A DNA stretch of 64,000 nt from Azolla caroliniana (lineage: Eukaryota; Plantae; Polypodiophyta): NCBI GenBank assembly GCA_043228905.1, contig JBHGNT010000003.1, forward strand, positions 1,178,001 to 1,242,000. The letters are read 5' to 3'. Below the pieces are notes generated by a model that had not been told where the DNA came from, did not search any database, and saw only the letters and a program-made list of their open reading frames with translations. Positions 26,670 through 40,681 of the stretch are shown here, piece after piece. A program made the position numbers and the translations under genes. The stretch's first letter is position 1, and every line of letters begins with the position of its first letter.

Positions 26670-27707
26670 AATGTCGTGACATGGCAGCTCTGCGAGTAGT
26701 ACATTTAACATTGCCAAGGTATGATTGTCAATCGAAGATATGCCCTTTTCTAATCAGTTGGTCGATTGATAATTGTCTCATACAAGTGATAAACTGTTAT
26801 CGAGCTTCCCATCACTCTCTCTCGTGGACATATAATCAAAAGATCCGGAGACACGAATGCTCGGACGTGGATGTTTGTCGACACGAGCGAAGGAACAACG
26901 TGAACACACAAGAGGGAGATTAAAATACGATTAGCGATGTAACACGAGATTAATACTAAACGATCTTGTATTAGGGAAAATACACATGAGTACATACATA
27001 ATAAGGTTTCCAAATTGCAAAGGGAGGGGTTTTAAAAGTGGCAACTTTCAAATTTCAAATTGGGGTAGAGTTCTCGTGCCACTCCGTCCTCTCTATGAAT
27101 GATCAACATGATGGCATGATAGCTTGACGCCTTCTTGTTACCTCCACCAAACGAGCTCGAAAATACCAAAGGTGTTACGGGCATGACCATATAATATCAC
27201 GTGGTGAGAATTTACCGTAGTATTCTATACACGTGGATAAGTGTGACGGTTAAACGAGAGTGTAAAGAAGGGGATGATTACTTTTAATCCTCAGGATTGA
27301 GACAACCCATTAGGCCAGGTATGAACTTGCCTGGGGGCCTTGGGTATCGTTATAAATATGAGGCCTAGCTACCCTCATTTTATCATCTTTTGACTACGTC
27401 AAGACTCTAACGTTGTGGTGGGTCAACTCTTGTAGCGAGCGCGCCGCACCAAGTACGACTAGACACCACGGCAGTGGTATGGGACGTTGATCAAGGCTCG
27501 AGTCCGTCTCGATCCCTTCGCTCGGGGGTGGTCGGGTGGATCGACGCCCTTCTTTCTCTCTCTATTTTCTTATTTCATATATCTTTTATCCTTATCATAT
27601 ACTTACATTAGATCATCGCTCTAACATTTGGTAGCAAAGCTTATGTTCTAATGTTTCTTTTGTTGGTTTTTTTCTTCCTGATTGATGGTGATTGATTGAC
27701 GTGTGTT
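26670..27707 (+). mobile_element. LTR + PBS + start of 5' UTR of an LTR retrotransposon (the other half of the 3820-6525 element)
   Basis: TATAAAT at ~27351, LTR-like end ...CGCTCTAACA at 27626, then TGGTAGCAAAGC (27629-27640, 10/12 match to the iMet PBS). Truncated at the 6-kb element by CGTGTGTT. The left boundary is approximate. Confidence 0.65.
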
Positions 27708-29776
27708 CCCGGGGGCTTCACTGTCAAAACTTGTATGATAGCACGTGAGTTCATCAAAAGGGGTTTAATTTAATCAGTGAGATACAGAATATATATATAT
27801 AAGGGTATTAATAAAGATTTGAAAATATATTTACATAAGGGTATTATCAATTATGCTAGAAAAAAAATTTACATAAGCCCATGAAATATTAGATATTTCA
27901 ATGAGATAGTAAAGAATATACAAACAATACTCAAATTTGGAGTAGCATACATACATACATATACCTACATTCAAACATTACATCCATGAATATGTATATA
28001 CATACATTACACCCATTTATACATGCATACTGACTAAACATATATATGTCGAAATATGTATTACCATGTGTAAATATGTACATACACATACATACATGTA
28101 TTACATACTACATACATATTAGAATCGGCCATATATATTGACATAGGAGTATACATAATACATACATAAAAATTACATATTACATATATACATACACATT
28201 CTCACAAACATATTTTATATATTACATATTACACACATATATTATTATATACAAATGCAAATATACAAACCAAACACAAAAAAATAAAGTACATATTATA
28301 TATACACATACATACACATATACACACATTCCATACATACTATACAATACAATATATACATACATACATACATACACACACGAACATACCACACATCACA
28401 CATGCATACCACATACATGCATATATATGTACCTACATTCATATATTGCACATCACACATGCGTATATACCTGTACATTCAAACATTACATCCATGAATA
28501 TGTATATACATACATTACACCCATTTATACATGCATAATGACTAAACATAAATATATGTACAAATATATATTACCATATGTAAATATGACATACACGTAC
28601 ATACATACATTACATACTACATACATATTAGAATCAAGTTTCAACCATATATATTGACATACATATATACATGTAACATAATACATACAATAAAATTACA
28701 TATGACATACATACATACACAAATGCATATATACATACAAAACACAGAAAAATAAATTACATATTATATATATACACATACACATACATATTATTACCTA
28801 AGGCTACATATTATATGTATATTAATCTTCATACTTACAAACAAGTTACATATATTACATATATATAAACGTGCACACACACATAAATAAATTAGATATT
28901 ACATAGCATATAATCGATACCTATTACACAATATACAAATTTACACATACATAAATTACATATATACATATATAGATATATTACATATGTAAATACATAT
29001 TCCACATATCACCGTATATATAGATTATACTGGACCATACAAACCACAATACTTACATACACACACACATTAGGTATATGTATACTTACACATACATTGG
29101 ATATATACATGCATATTACGTACATATTACAAACATACATCCATATACTAACCATATACATACTAAACATGAAAATATCCCAAAAATATTCATACATTTA
29201 CATACATATGACCACATACACACATACATATACATACACATACATACATTGGATATATACATACATATTATGCACATATTACAAACACATTCATACTCAT
29301 TGAATCATGTATATTGACAAATACATATATGCATACACATACATACATACATATTCCACATATCACCATATATATACATACATATGCCTACAATGTTATA
29401 AGTCTTACAAGCATACATCCATACACATATATACATATATACATACATTACATACATGCATACACATAAATACGTTACATACACATACATACGTACATTA
29501 CATATGTACATACATATCATAACAAACTACAATACATACATATATACATAAATATTACGAACAAACATCCACACACTCATGTATGCATATATGCATATGC
29601 CATACACTATACACATACAAACATACATACATTACATATTACATATATACATAATACACGTATGTACATTCATGCATGTACATACATACATTGCATATGC
29701 ATATATTACAATCACACATTCATATACATTGAGTCATGTACATTGACATATGGATATATGCATACACCTACACACA

Positions 29777-29850
<74 letters not shown>

Positions 29851-29992
29851 TACATACATAAATACATACATACATACATACATACATACACACACACAAC
29901 ACACACACACACACACATACATACATACATACATACATACATACATACATACATACATACATACATGCATACATACATACACACACACACAC

Positions 29993-30032
<40 letters not shown>

Positions 30033-31993
30033 TACATATGGATATATGCATACACATACATACATTACATATGTATACACATATGTACATTTGTACATAG
30101 ACATACCTATATTCATTTATACATTGCTACATATACATACATTAGATATATACATAAATATTATGCACATATTACAATCACACATCCATACACATTGAAT
30201 CATGTACATTGTCATATGGATATATGAATACACATATGTACATTTGTACATAGACATACCTATATTCATTTATACATTGCTACATATACATACATTAGAT
30301 ATATACATAAATATTATGCACATATTACAATCACACATCCATACACATTGAATCATGTACATTGTCATATGGATATATGAATACACATACATACACAGAT
30401 AAATTACATATGTGTATATGCATACACATATGTACATTCATACATGGACATACATATATTCATTTATATATTGCTACATATACACACACATATATACATT
30501 AGATATATACATAGATATTATGTACATATTACAATCACACATTCATATACATTGAATCATGTACATTTACATACACAGATAAATTACATATATGCATACA
30601 CATATGTACATTCGTACATGGACATACATACTCATACATGACATACATGACATATGCATACACATATGTACATTTGTACATGAATGTTTGAATGTTATGT
30701 TTAGTATGTATGTATGTGCACGTAATGTATGCATGTATGAATGAATGAATATATATATGTAATGTATGCATAAAATATGTATGCTTGCATGAATAAACAT
30801 GAATGAATGGTTGTCCCCCCCCCCCCCCCCCCCCCCCCCCAATCACATAGAATTTAAATCTTGTAAAAATGGTTACACTAATGACAGGATATCTTCTTTA
30901 AAATAAAAAATTAAAAAAAAACATGAATGAATGGATATATGAATGTACATATGTGTATATATGTAATATGTAATGTATGTATATTTGTATGTGTATGCAT
31001 ATATGTGTGTGGATGTTTGTTTGTAATATGTATGTATGTGTATGTAAAATTAATGTACATATATATGAGGGGTATGAATGTTTAAGTTAAACTATAAAAG
31101 CGATAAGTTATAAAAGTGAAAACATTCTAAAGAAAAAATAAAAATAATGTGGGAGAGGGGTTTGAATGAGAATAGGAAAAAATGGGTAAGGGGTAGGGCT
31201 AGAAATAGGAGAAAGTAGGGGAGGGATAGGGCTGAAAATAGGAGAAAGTTGGGGAGGGATAGGGCTGAAAATAGGAGAAAGTTGGGGAGGGGCAGGGCTT
31301 AGAATATAAAGATTTTTACAAGGGGTGAGTACATAAGCCGGTGACAAATATAACACCGTGCTACCATGTGTAGTCCCGGACATATGAACTACAAGAGAAA
31401 GAAAGAGATATAAAAGGGAATGCATCGCTACTAAATGTAGTCTCATGCTTACAAACAATATATATTATACATACACATACATACATATTACAACAAACAT
31501 CCACACACACATATATGTATTATGCATACACATACACATACAAATATACATACATTACATATTACATATATACACATATGTACATTCATATATTCATTCA
31601 TTCATGTTTATTCATGCAAGCATACATTACGTGCACATACATACATACATACATACATACATTCGTTCATACTAAACATAATATTCAAACATTCATGTTT
31701 TTTTAAATTTAGATTTTTGCCGCCTCCTCCTTTGCTTTACCTCCTCGTCTCTCCTCATTGTTGTCGCCTCTTCTCCCCTTGTTGCTTCTGTCCTCATTTT
31801 GCCGCCTCAGTTCTCGTTTTGCTGCCGCCGCCGCTCGCCTTGTCGTGCTGCTTTTGCTCACCATTATTCTCTGTCGGGGCTGCCACAAGTACTCTACAAA
31901 TATTTTACAAGTACACATAAATACAAACATCATACATAAACCAACACATAAATTCTTAGACTTACATACACTCACGTACATACATACATACAT

Positions 31994-32033
<40 letters not shown>

Positions 32034-32334
32034 ACACACACACACATAACGTATACAATCCAACACACAAGCCATACATACAATATATACAATAAACGAA
32101 ATTAATACAATACAATACAATATGTACATACATACACACATACCTATATACACTGACTTACATACACATTTACACATAACACATACATACAATACAATAT
32201 GTACACACACACACACACAAACATAACACACATCACACATGCTATACATACACAATAAATGCAATTAAATACAATACAATACAATATGTACATACATATT
32301 ACACACATACCTATATACACATGCAATACAATAC

Positions 32335-32372
<38 letters not shown>

Positions 32373-33756
32373 CACATGCATACCACATACAAACATATAT
32401 GATGTATGGAACATACATACACACACACAAACATAAAACACAACAGACATGCATACCACATATAAACATATATGATGTATGGAACATACATACACACACA
32501 CAAACATAAAACACAACAGACATGCATACCACATATAAACATATATGATGTATGGAACATACATACATACGCACACACAAACATAACAAACAACACACAT
32601 GCATACCACATACAAACATAACAAACAACACACATGCATACCACATACAAACATATATGATGTATGGAACATACATACACACACACAAACATAAAACACA
32701 ATAGACATGCATACCACATATAAACATATATGATGTATGGAACATACATACATACGCACACACAAACATAACAAACAACACACATGCATACCACATACAA
32801 ACATATATGATGTATGGAACATACATACACACAAATCACACATGAATACCACATTCACAATGCACACATACACACATATATATGATGTATGGTTATATGA
32901 AAAGTGATAGGTGGGTCATTCTATTTGTAGATAATGGATGAAGAATCTATTATTGAAGTGTTTGAACATGAGAGGGATGATGAAGATAAACCTTTGGGCA
33001 TTGTAAGTGTGAGAGGAACTCTTACATATGCAAAGATCCGAGTCGAAATAATTGAGGACGATATATTTTATGAACCATTTTCCTTTGTGTACACAAAAAA
33101 TAATATTTTGAATGGGAAACAAGAAGAGAAAAAATAATGTTACGACTTCATATGAGTCTATCCATGAAACTAAACATAAGGTTAATTTGTTAGTAATTTC
33201 ATTATTGATATGCATTTTGGATTGTTTCACATCTGCTCTTTGAGATATATATATCAAGTTCAAGATTGTTTTATTGTAAATTACATTTTTTTTTTATCAT
33301 GCTATATTCTTCATATGTCTCAATAAACTAAAAAAAAACTTATATGCGGCTTATGTATGTTATACCTCTAGTGTTTTTGGTAATGTTTCCTAATTGTGTG
33401 TGCATTACTTTGTACTTTACATATTGTGTTTTCAATCTATGTGGCACTTGATGAAGCATTTCTAGGAATTGCATATGATGTTTAATGTTCATTCATAATT
33501 TTGCGAGTCATCAATTGTACAGGTGGTCATCGATCCTTTCTAGGATTGGAAACTATGTGTGCATGTATATTTTATATGTAAGGGTATTTAAAATGGGTGG
33601 TTATCAAAAAATATATTGGTAGTAAGGGGTATTTTTATTAATCTTTTTTCTACAAAAGGGTCACTAAAATAGTAAAAACCATACGTATAAGGGGTTTATA
33701 AATGATGTCATGAACGCACGTGATACAACCGTCTTATATATAGTGGAGTCCCCGGG
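27708..33756 (-). mobile_element. ~6.05-kb non-autonomous DNA transposon, copy B (inverted relative to copy A)
   Basis: Reverse complement of 6526-12606 with only microsatellite-length changes, one extra 33-bp unit (~31230) and rare SNPs. Flanks are CGTGTGTT (27700-27707) and TTGTTTCC (33757-33764). Confidence 0.9.
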
Positions 33757-34482
33757 TTGTTTCCTAAGTGATTAATTTGGAAACTCATTCTTAGATGGCC
33801 CAAATCATTTCTTGTATGTCTCATCAAACAAACCTCATCCATGGAGAAACATCTATTCTATCAAAAGTACCTTTAAACAAACCTCATCAGAACTCCCATT
33901 GTAACACTTAACACATAAATCCTAATGATGTTGCACCATTCTACCTAACCATCACTACAAATGGTGGACATGATTTCTTATGTGCCTACATTGATCTTGT
34001 TTATCTTGGGTCACGCTTTTGGAAGTGTCCAACATGGAGAATTGTGATATTGCCATAATGCCTTTTAAGTGTCAAATGTATCATTGTCCTCCATTATTGA
34101 GCTTTTCTAACCCTCTTGATAGATCTAGCCTCACCGTTGCTCTCCTCTTGCAAACATTCCCTTGGTAAGTGTCCTATAAAACCACATTTAAAATAATGCC
34201 CATCAAAGGTGCACTACTTTAGCCTATACATATTGGTTTTCGACGTGATGGAGTTATCCTCAACATGCAAGAGGAGTGTTTTTGTTTTATATTCCAAAGA
34301 AATAATGCTCAATGTTGATTTTGTGTAATGTATCATGGAGGCAGTAACACTTTGCCCAATTCAACCAATGTTGAATGTAGTAAAAACAACATGGTTGAAT
34401 GTGAAAACGATTGAAACCTTCTAGACAATGAATATCTAGCAATGTTATATTGATTTGACAATGCAAAGAACCATTCTTTGCT

Positions 34483-34528
<46 letters not shown>

Positions 34529-34532
<4 letters not shown>

Positions 34533-36190
34533 TCACCAACATGTAACTGATGAAAATTTTCAAGGACAGGAGAGGACGATGACCATGGACACATCTGCAC
34601 CACTCGGCCTCTCCCTCATTGTAGCAGAAAACCAAAGAACAACCAAATGCCCTTGGATATTGGGCCTCAAAGTCACTCGTTGTGCATAAGAAATTGAGAA
34701 GATAAGAGAATGTGAGTACACCTCCTAGAAGCTATGGTCGATAAACCTTTTACATCAGGACCGGGGGCCACACCCACATGGAAACCTGTTGACCTCCCGC
34801 TCCTTTTTTATAAACTTGGATGGAAATGAAACTAGGCCCAGTAAATAGTCATTTCCTTTATAGAATATGTTACACCATAATATGTATCTTTTGTACAATA
34901 TGAGAACTCCTTTATCTATTGTGAAATGCACATAAGAGATCAAAACCGACCTAGTTAGCTTCTTACTTCTTACTCAATTTATAATTGATACAAAGCTACC
35001 CATTTGGGTTGACTTAGCTAAAAAGGGTGTGTTAAAAGGGTGGGTCGGCTTAGGTACATGCATCCTAAAAAGAGTGTGCTAAAAGGGTGGCACAAAGGAA
35101 CACATGCACACCACATTTCGCCCCTGAGAGAAACAAGAGACTGAGGAGCAAGAACAGGAACATGAGCAGTGGCTTATTGAAGGAGGGGGAGCATCTGTTG
35201 GAGATAAAGCTCCCAAGTGGCACTATCCATGTTGGTAGGTTTCGAATGGACATCAATGGACGATTCTAGTGGGAGGTGAGGGTTACGCCCATAGAGTGCT
35301 TGAAAAGGGCTAATCTATGTCGACACCTATATGGATGTATTGTAGCGGTGGTTGACGAAAGGCAAGATTTGATCCCAGGTTTTGTGACATGGATCGATGT
35401 AAGCAGCAATCTCCTTCTTGAGGGTCTTATTGAGGCGTCTGGTGAGGCCATTTCTCTGAGGATGGTATGGGGACTTAAGCACCTGTTGGACACCTAGTTG
35501 AGCTGCAACGATGTTGACAACATCCCCGTGGAACTAGCGGCCCTGATCAGATAATAGTTGGACGGGGCTAGTGATGAAAAACGAGCTAGCAATTGGCGGA
35601 TAGAGATCAATCCCTCCCGTGGACTAAGGGCCACCTGGACTTGGCTGAGGTGGGGGACAGGAGGGCTATCGTGTCGAAGGGGGATCGGGGGAAAGATCAA
35701 TTGGCAGAGAAAGATCAATCCCTCCTGTGGACTGAGGGCCACCTGGACTAGGTTAAGGTGGGGGACAAGAGGGCTACCGTGTAGGAGGGGGATTGAGGAA
35801 ACTCGTGAGACAAGAAGTTAGTGGACAACCTAAGGTGAGGAGGAAGAGGTGGATGCTTGGGCGTGGGGGACTGGTACCCCGCTTCTCCACCAATATGTAA
35901 AATGCACATAAGAGATCAAAACCAGTCTAGTTAGCTTGTTACTTCTTACTCAATTTATAGTTGATACAAAGGTACCCATTTGGGTTGGCTTGGCTAAAAA
36001 GGGTGTGCAAAAAGGGTGGATCGGCTTAGATACATGCATCCTAAAAAGGGTGTGCGAAAAGGGTGGCACAAAGGAACACATGCACACCACACTATGTTTA
36101 TTTTACTTTATTTTATTTTCGATGGGTGGATACACATACAATTTTCAATGTAACCAATGGTCTTATGGGCCAAATTAGGTCTTAGAAGAC

Positions 36191-36196
<6 letters not shown>
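34529..36196 (+). mobile_element. 5'-truncated LINE (same family as 57686-59492), flanked by (CT)n and interrupted by an LTR element
   Basis: 34529-34860 aligns to 59003-59330 (CTCGGCCTCTCCCT..., GAAGCTATGGT..., CTTGGATGGAAATGAAA.TAGGCC). 36096-36196 matches the 3' tail ATGGGCCAA...CTTAGAAGACG.TAAT. (CT)n at 34482-34528 and 36197-36245. Confidence 0.8.
34920..36091 (-). mobile_element. Internally deleted (1.17-kb) Gypsy derivative with 196-bp LTRs
   Basis: Direct repeats 34920-35115 and 35896-36091 (TG...CA). 4-bp TSD CTAT. Minus-strand PBS TGGTGGAGAAGCGGGG. Internal integrase remnant HPQRNGLTRRLNKTLKKEIAAYIDP is homologous to the 44436-49227 element. Confidence 0.85.
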
Positions 36197-36247
<51 letters not shown>

Positions 36248-36249
36248 GT

Positions 36250-36404
36250 GAAAACATATTTTTTTATTAATAAATGTGACAAAAAAAACACTACACAATT
36301 GAGTGGTATCAAACACCTCTCTCTCTCAAGTGAAAACACATGATTTTATTAATAAATGTGAAAAAAAAACACTACAATGGCACCACAATTGAGTGGTGTC
36401 AAAC

Positions 36405-36456
<52 letters not shown>

Positions 36457-36532
36457 AAAACACAAGACTTTACTAATAAATGTGACAAAAAAAACACTAT
36501 AATGCCACCACAATTGAGTGTTGTCAAACACT
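36250..36532. repeat. ~80-bp unit x3 interleaved with (CT)n
   Basis: TGAAAACA...TAATAAATGTGA.AAAAAAACACTA...CACAATTGAGTG.T.TCAAACAC repeated three times. Confidence 0.75.
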
Positions 36533-36946
36533 CCATAAAAGAAAGAATTTCGACTTGCATCAAGAAACAAAACTTCTACATCATTACTCCCAACTTCAAC
36601 TTTCGTGGATATGGACTAACTCCAAGCCTACCATCGAATACAAAATTGTGGTGCATATCTCAACAATGTACTCTCCCCTCTTTCTCTCTCTACCTCTAAT
36701 TCCATGCCTACCATGAAATACAAAAACATTACGCATATCACCGTGCCTACCATAAATTCTTGCCCTGATATTATCACGATTCACAACTATGCACACGCCT
36801 CTCTTTCTCTCTCTACCTATCTCTTTCTCCTTCTCTCTCTCATCTTAGTGCTTTACACTAGCATAAAATTGAGAGAATTGAAGTTCGATCCTTGTCATGG
36901 TGTATGTCCCATAGATTGCAATTAGCTAGCCTGTTATAGATATTAA

Positions 36947-36997
<51 letters not shown>

Positions 36998-37013
36998 ACA
37001 CACACACACACGA

Positions 37014-37195
37014 TTAAGGATATCTCCATATGGTCAATGTAAACCTTGAATTAAGGATACCTCCATATGGTCAATGTAAACCTTGAATTAAGGATACCTC
37101 CATATGGTCAATGTAAACCTTGAATTAAGGATACCTCCATATGGCCAATGTAAACCTTGAATTAAAGATATCTCCGTATGGTCAATGTAAACCTT
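37014..37195. repeat. 37-bp minisatellite, ~5 copies
   Basis: TTAAGGATACCTCCATATGGTCAATGTAAACCTTGAA at 37014, 37051, 37088, 37125 and 37162, with no spacers. Confidence 0.9.
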
Positions 37196-38229
37196 CACTA
37201 GAGAGCGTTCTAAGATGTCAAGGTGACTCCTTTGGTCAGATGTCCCATACAACTCAAATTTCCTTTGCAGTTGTAGTCTATCCTCCATTGAGATCATCAA
37301 ACACCAACTCATTTCTCTTGCTCTACATTCTACGCCGGACCTAATAGCTAATATAGTCAACCACTAATTTATATGATGGGCAAGTAAAATGGTGATTACA
37401 ATTTCCGCATCAACAATAAGACCAAGGGGCTTAACTAATTGAGCTTATAGAATTTGTACATGGCATTCTCACAGATATGGACGAAGATATTAACATCCTA
37501 CGTCTAACATCTTAGGTAGGGGTGCAAAGAAAACCTAAATCCTAACATGTATCAACAAATCACGATAGATGATCATTATTTGAACCAAAACAAAAGCATG
37601 GATAAATTGTCTTATGGCAGAGATGGTTTGACTGGGCTAGGTTTAAGCTCCAAAATCCGAAAGCGGTTTCACTGGTCTTCATGTTCTTTTTATGCTAATT
37701 ATTTGAGCATGTATATTAGCTTTAAGAATCAATGGGAGAGCTTGCAAAACATCTTGAACATAGCAATATATGATTCCTTGCTTGCCGCAAATCATGAGGT
37801 TGAAATGTGTTACCACAAATGTACAAAAGAATTGCCTAAGTAAAAACAAATTATGCATAAAAGCGTTGCCTAAGTAAAAACAAATTATGTATATCATTAA
37901 CTAATTCCTATGTATATACAAGGACGGCAAAGTGGATTAGAACAAATGGGGAACCACAAGCTTCAATAGGTGGTAACAAATGCATTAGAAATGGAGTGGT
38001 AATGTCACATCTTAAATGGCCATGGTTGATGGACTGCTTTGCGGACCATGAACTAATGTTTTTGAATTCAGTATTTTGTTCTCAACAATTTCAAGGCACA
38101 TAGTTGACATTGATTTATCGATTGTCCAATGGCTTAGGGATATTTGAACCCAGTACCTAGAACTTAGACGTCACTTAGCTTGAAGGGGTCAATTGCTTCA
38201 TCAAGTCCTATTTTTACAAATTGGAGGGC

Positions 38230-39902
38230 TCATGTGGTGCGAGCTTCAAGGACAATAGGGAGCCCTTTCACAGGGAATGGCATAGGGTCTACAACAACGG
38301 CTTCGTAGGGGTCCTTAAGAGACCACGAGAAATGCGTCACGAGGTGATGGATGATTACGAGAAGTTCCATGCGTGCAAACTCGTTGCCCGGACACATCCT
38401 CGGGCCCCCGCCGAACGGGACGAATGTGAACGGAGCCGGGCCCTCACCTTCGAAGCGCGACGGATCGAACCTCTCCGGCTCCCGGAAATACTTCGGGTTC
38501 CGATGAGTCGAGTGCACAGACCACATTATCTGTGTGCAGGAAAAATAACAACCAAATGCATGAATGATATGGATCAGATCTGATCAGATTAAAGCTTCCA
38601 TGGAATTCATGGAATTCTCTCTCTCACCTTCCATGATTTGGGGATCCTGAAGCCATCGAAGCTCATGTCCTCCTCCTGTGCCACTCTGAATGACCCCTGT
38701 GCTGGCGGCACCAGCCTCATCGATTCCTGCACTACTCGCCATGAAAGCTTCATCTTCTGTAAATCTCCCCAATTCAAGAGCTCACCGGGGGCCTTGCTCG
38801 CCGTGATCTCCTTGTTCTCTGAGAAATCACCACCAAAAACACATACAAAATCATCAGACTTTATGCGGTGCCCTGATCAAGAAATGAGAATGATTTTGGG
38901 GTGGGGCAACAAACAAAACCTACCTCTGTAAACCTCATCCATTATGTCGGGATTGGATGCCAGATATTTGCAGGCCATGGTGGCTACAGAAGTGCTGGTA
39001 TCATGGCCTGCGAAGAGCAACAGGAGGATGTTGTCCTTGATGGCCTCATCAGAAAATGATTCTCCTTGCTCATCTCTATAGTTGAGAAAGCCGGAGAGGA
39101 TGTCCGGATGCTCAGTGACAGAGCCAGCATCCATATCTCTCCTTCTCTCGTCGATCCATACCTGCAACTGCTTTCTTATCGCGTCAGAAGCTGCCACCGC
39201 TTTACTATATCTGGTTCCTGGGATGCAGATCGGCAGCTCAAAGAGGCCTTTCACCATGGTTTCGAAGGGAAGAAGGAGCATTTCGTGATCTTCTCTGTCC
39301 TGTCTCCCAACAAGAACCTCACAAGCTATGGAGAACATGAGCTTCTTCATGAGCGGGAAGAGAACGACTTCAGATCTGCCATCGAGATGCTCCTGAATGA
39401 ACCTGACGAGGATGCCATCGATGCTTCGCGTGTACCTTTGCAGGGATTCGGGGCGCAAGAACATCATGAGAGCGTTCCTTATACGTGTAGCATGCGGTCC
39501 GACATGGCCGATCAGGGATTCAGTCCCCAGAACAGAGACGATGCTACGGGGCCATGAGGTGTAGATGTTAGAGAAGGCTTTCCTGTTACCAGAAGGGCTG
39601 GCCAGGACTACTGTCGGGAAGGTGATTAGGTTCGTCTTGAAGGTCTCCCCATGGCTAGAGATGCGGTCATGGAAGAATCTCCAGGGAACCCCTCTTCTCT
39701 GTGTTCCGAGGTACTCTCGGGTTTCACCGAAGAAAGGGAAGCCGAGACGACCTGGAGGTAAAGGAGGACTTCTCCCTTGCTGGCCCTTATGTTTCTTGGT
39801 TGAAGGTCTCCATAGCTGCCGTAGCCCTCCTATGAGGAATAGTAGAGACAGAGTTATCCCAAGGATGAGCTCTACAGGGATGCTGGAGGTCAAGCTCGCC
39901 AT
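38230..39902 (-). CDS. Cytochrome P450, CYP85 clan (CYP716/CYP725-like), ~489 aa, 3 exons; paralog of 18788-20443
   Basis: Exons 39902-38924, 38818-38628, 38529-38230 (1470 nt, in frame, same intron positions as the paralog). [31 protein letters not shown]. Confidence 0.93.
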
Positions 39903-40382
39903 AGCCAAGCTTCAGCAGAAAGTAGTTCTTCTTCTTCTTCTTCTTCTCCAGTGATAATGATGAAAGCTTCTTTAACTGTTATGCTTTCTTTATCTTCTTC
40001 CTCCTCCACATTTTGTGCATTTGCCGAGAATCAGCAACAGTAATAATGAAAATTGAAGGCCATGATTGTGATAAAGCATTTTTCTTTGTCTTCTTCACTT
40101 TAATTCCTCTTCTTCTTCTCCGCCATAGCCAAAAGCAGACAAAGATTCAAAAGATTTGTACATCAATTGTCTCTTCCTGTCGCACTGATTAGCATAATCA
40201 CGAGCAAATTACCTTCTTCCGCATGCATCCAAAATTGGGCGGGCCCCCTATGCTTCTGAGAAAATGCCACTTATGGAAGATTTATATGACACAGGGCATG
40301 GCATAGTCCCATGGATTAAATGCCAATCATACTACTTTCCTTGGCTTCATGTGACACAGCGCATGCATGGCATGGTCCCATG

Positions 40383-40681
40383 CATAGTACGTAATATACA
40401 TACTCGAATGCATTCGAAAACAATTCGTTTTCATACGAATGAAAACGAAGGAATTCGAAAATATTCGTTCTTCATACGAATGCAAACGAAGGAGTATGTT
40501 ATGAAAACATTCTTATGTTTTTTTTTTACCGTTTTAACTTTTTACCTTTACTTTCTTACCTTCAAAAAATTTTACCTTATAATAAATAATGAATACAGAA
40601 GTATATGGTACTTCAAGGGTGTTTACTATTCTCGAATGATTGAAACACCCATGGTATGTATGGTTCATAGTACATACTATG
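40383..40681. mobile_element. Possible hAT-derived MITE
   Basis: Ends CATAGTACGTA / TACATACTATG (same CATAGT terminus as the hAT), with ATACGAATG subterminal repeats. It interrupts a ~60-bp GGCATGG.CCCATGGATT repeat array (40280-40830). No clean TSD. Confidence 0.4.

Noticed and set aside
6526-33756. A single 27-kb giant transposon with 6-kb TIRs carrying a P450 as cargo
   Set aside because: The outer flanks (AACACACG vs TTGTTTCC) are not a TSD. Each 6-kb arm has its own two termini, and the TSDs pair crosswise, which fits two insertions plus an inversion.
37014-37195. CRISPR-like 37-bp repeats
   Set aside because: Head-to-tail with no spacers, eukaryotic context, no cas genes.
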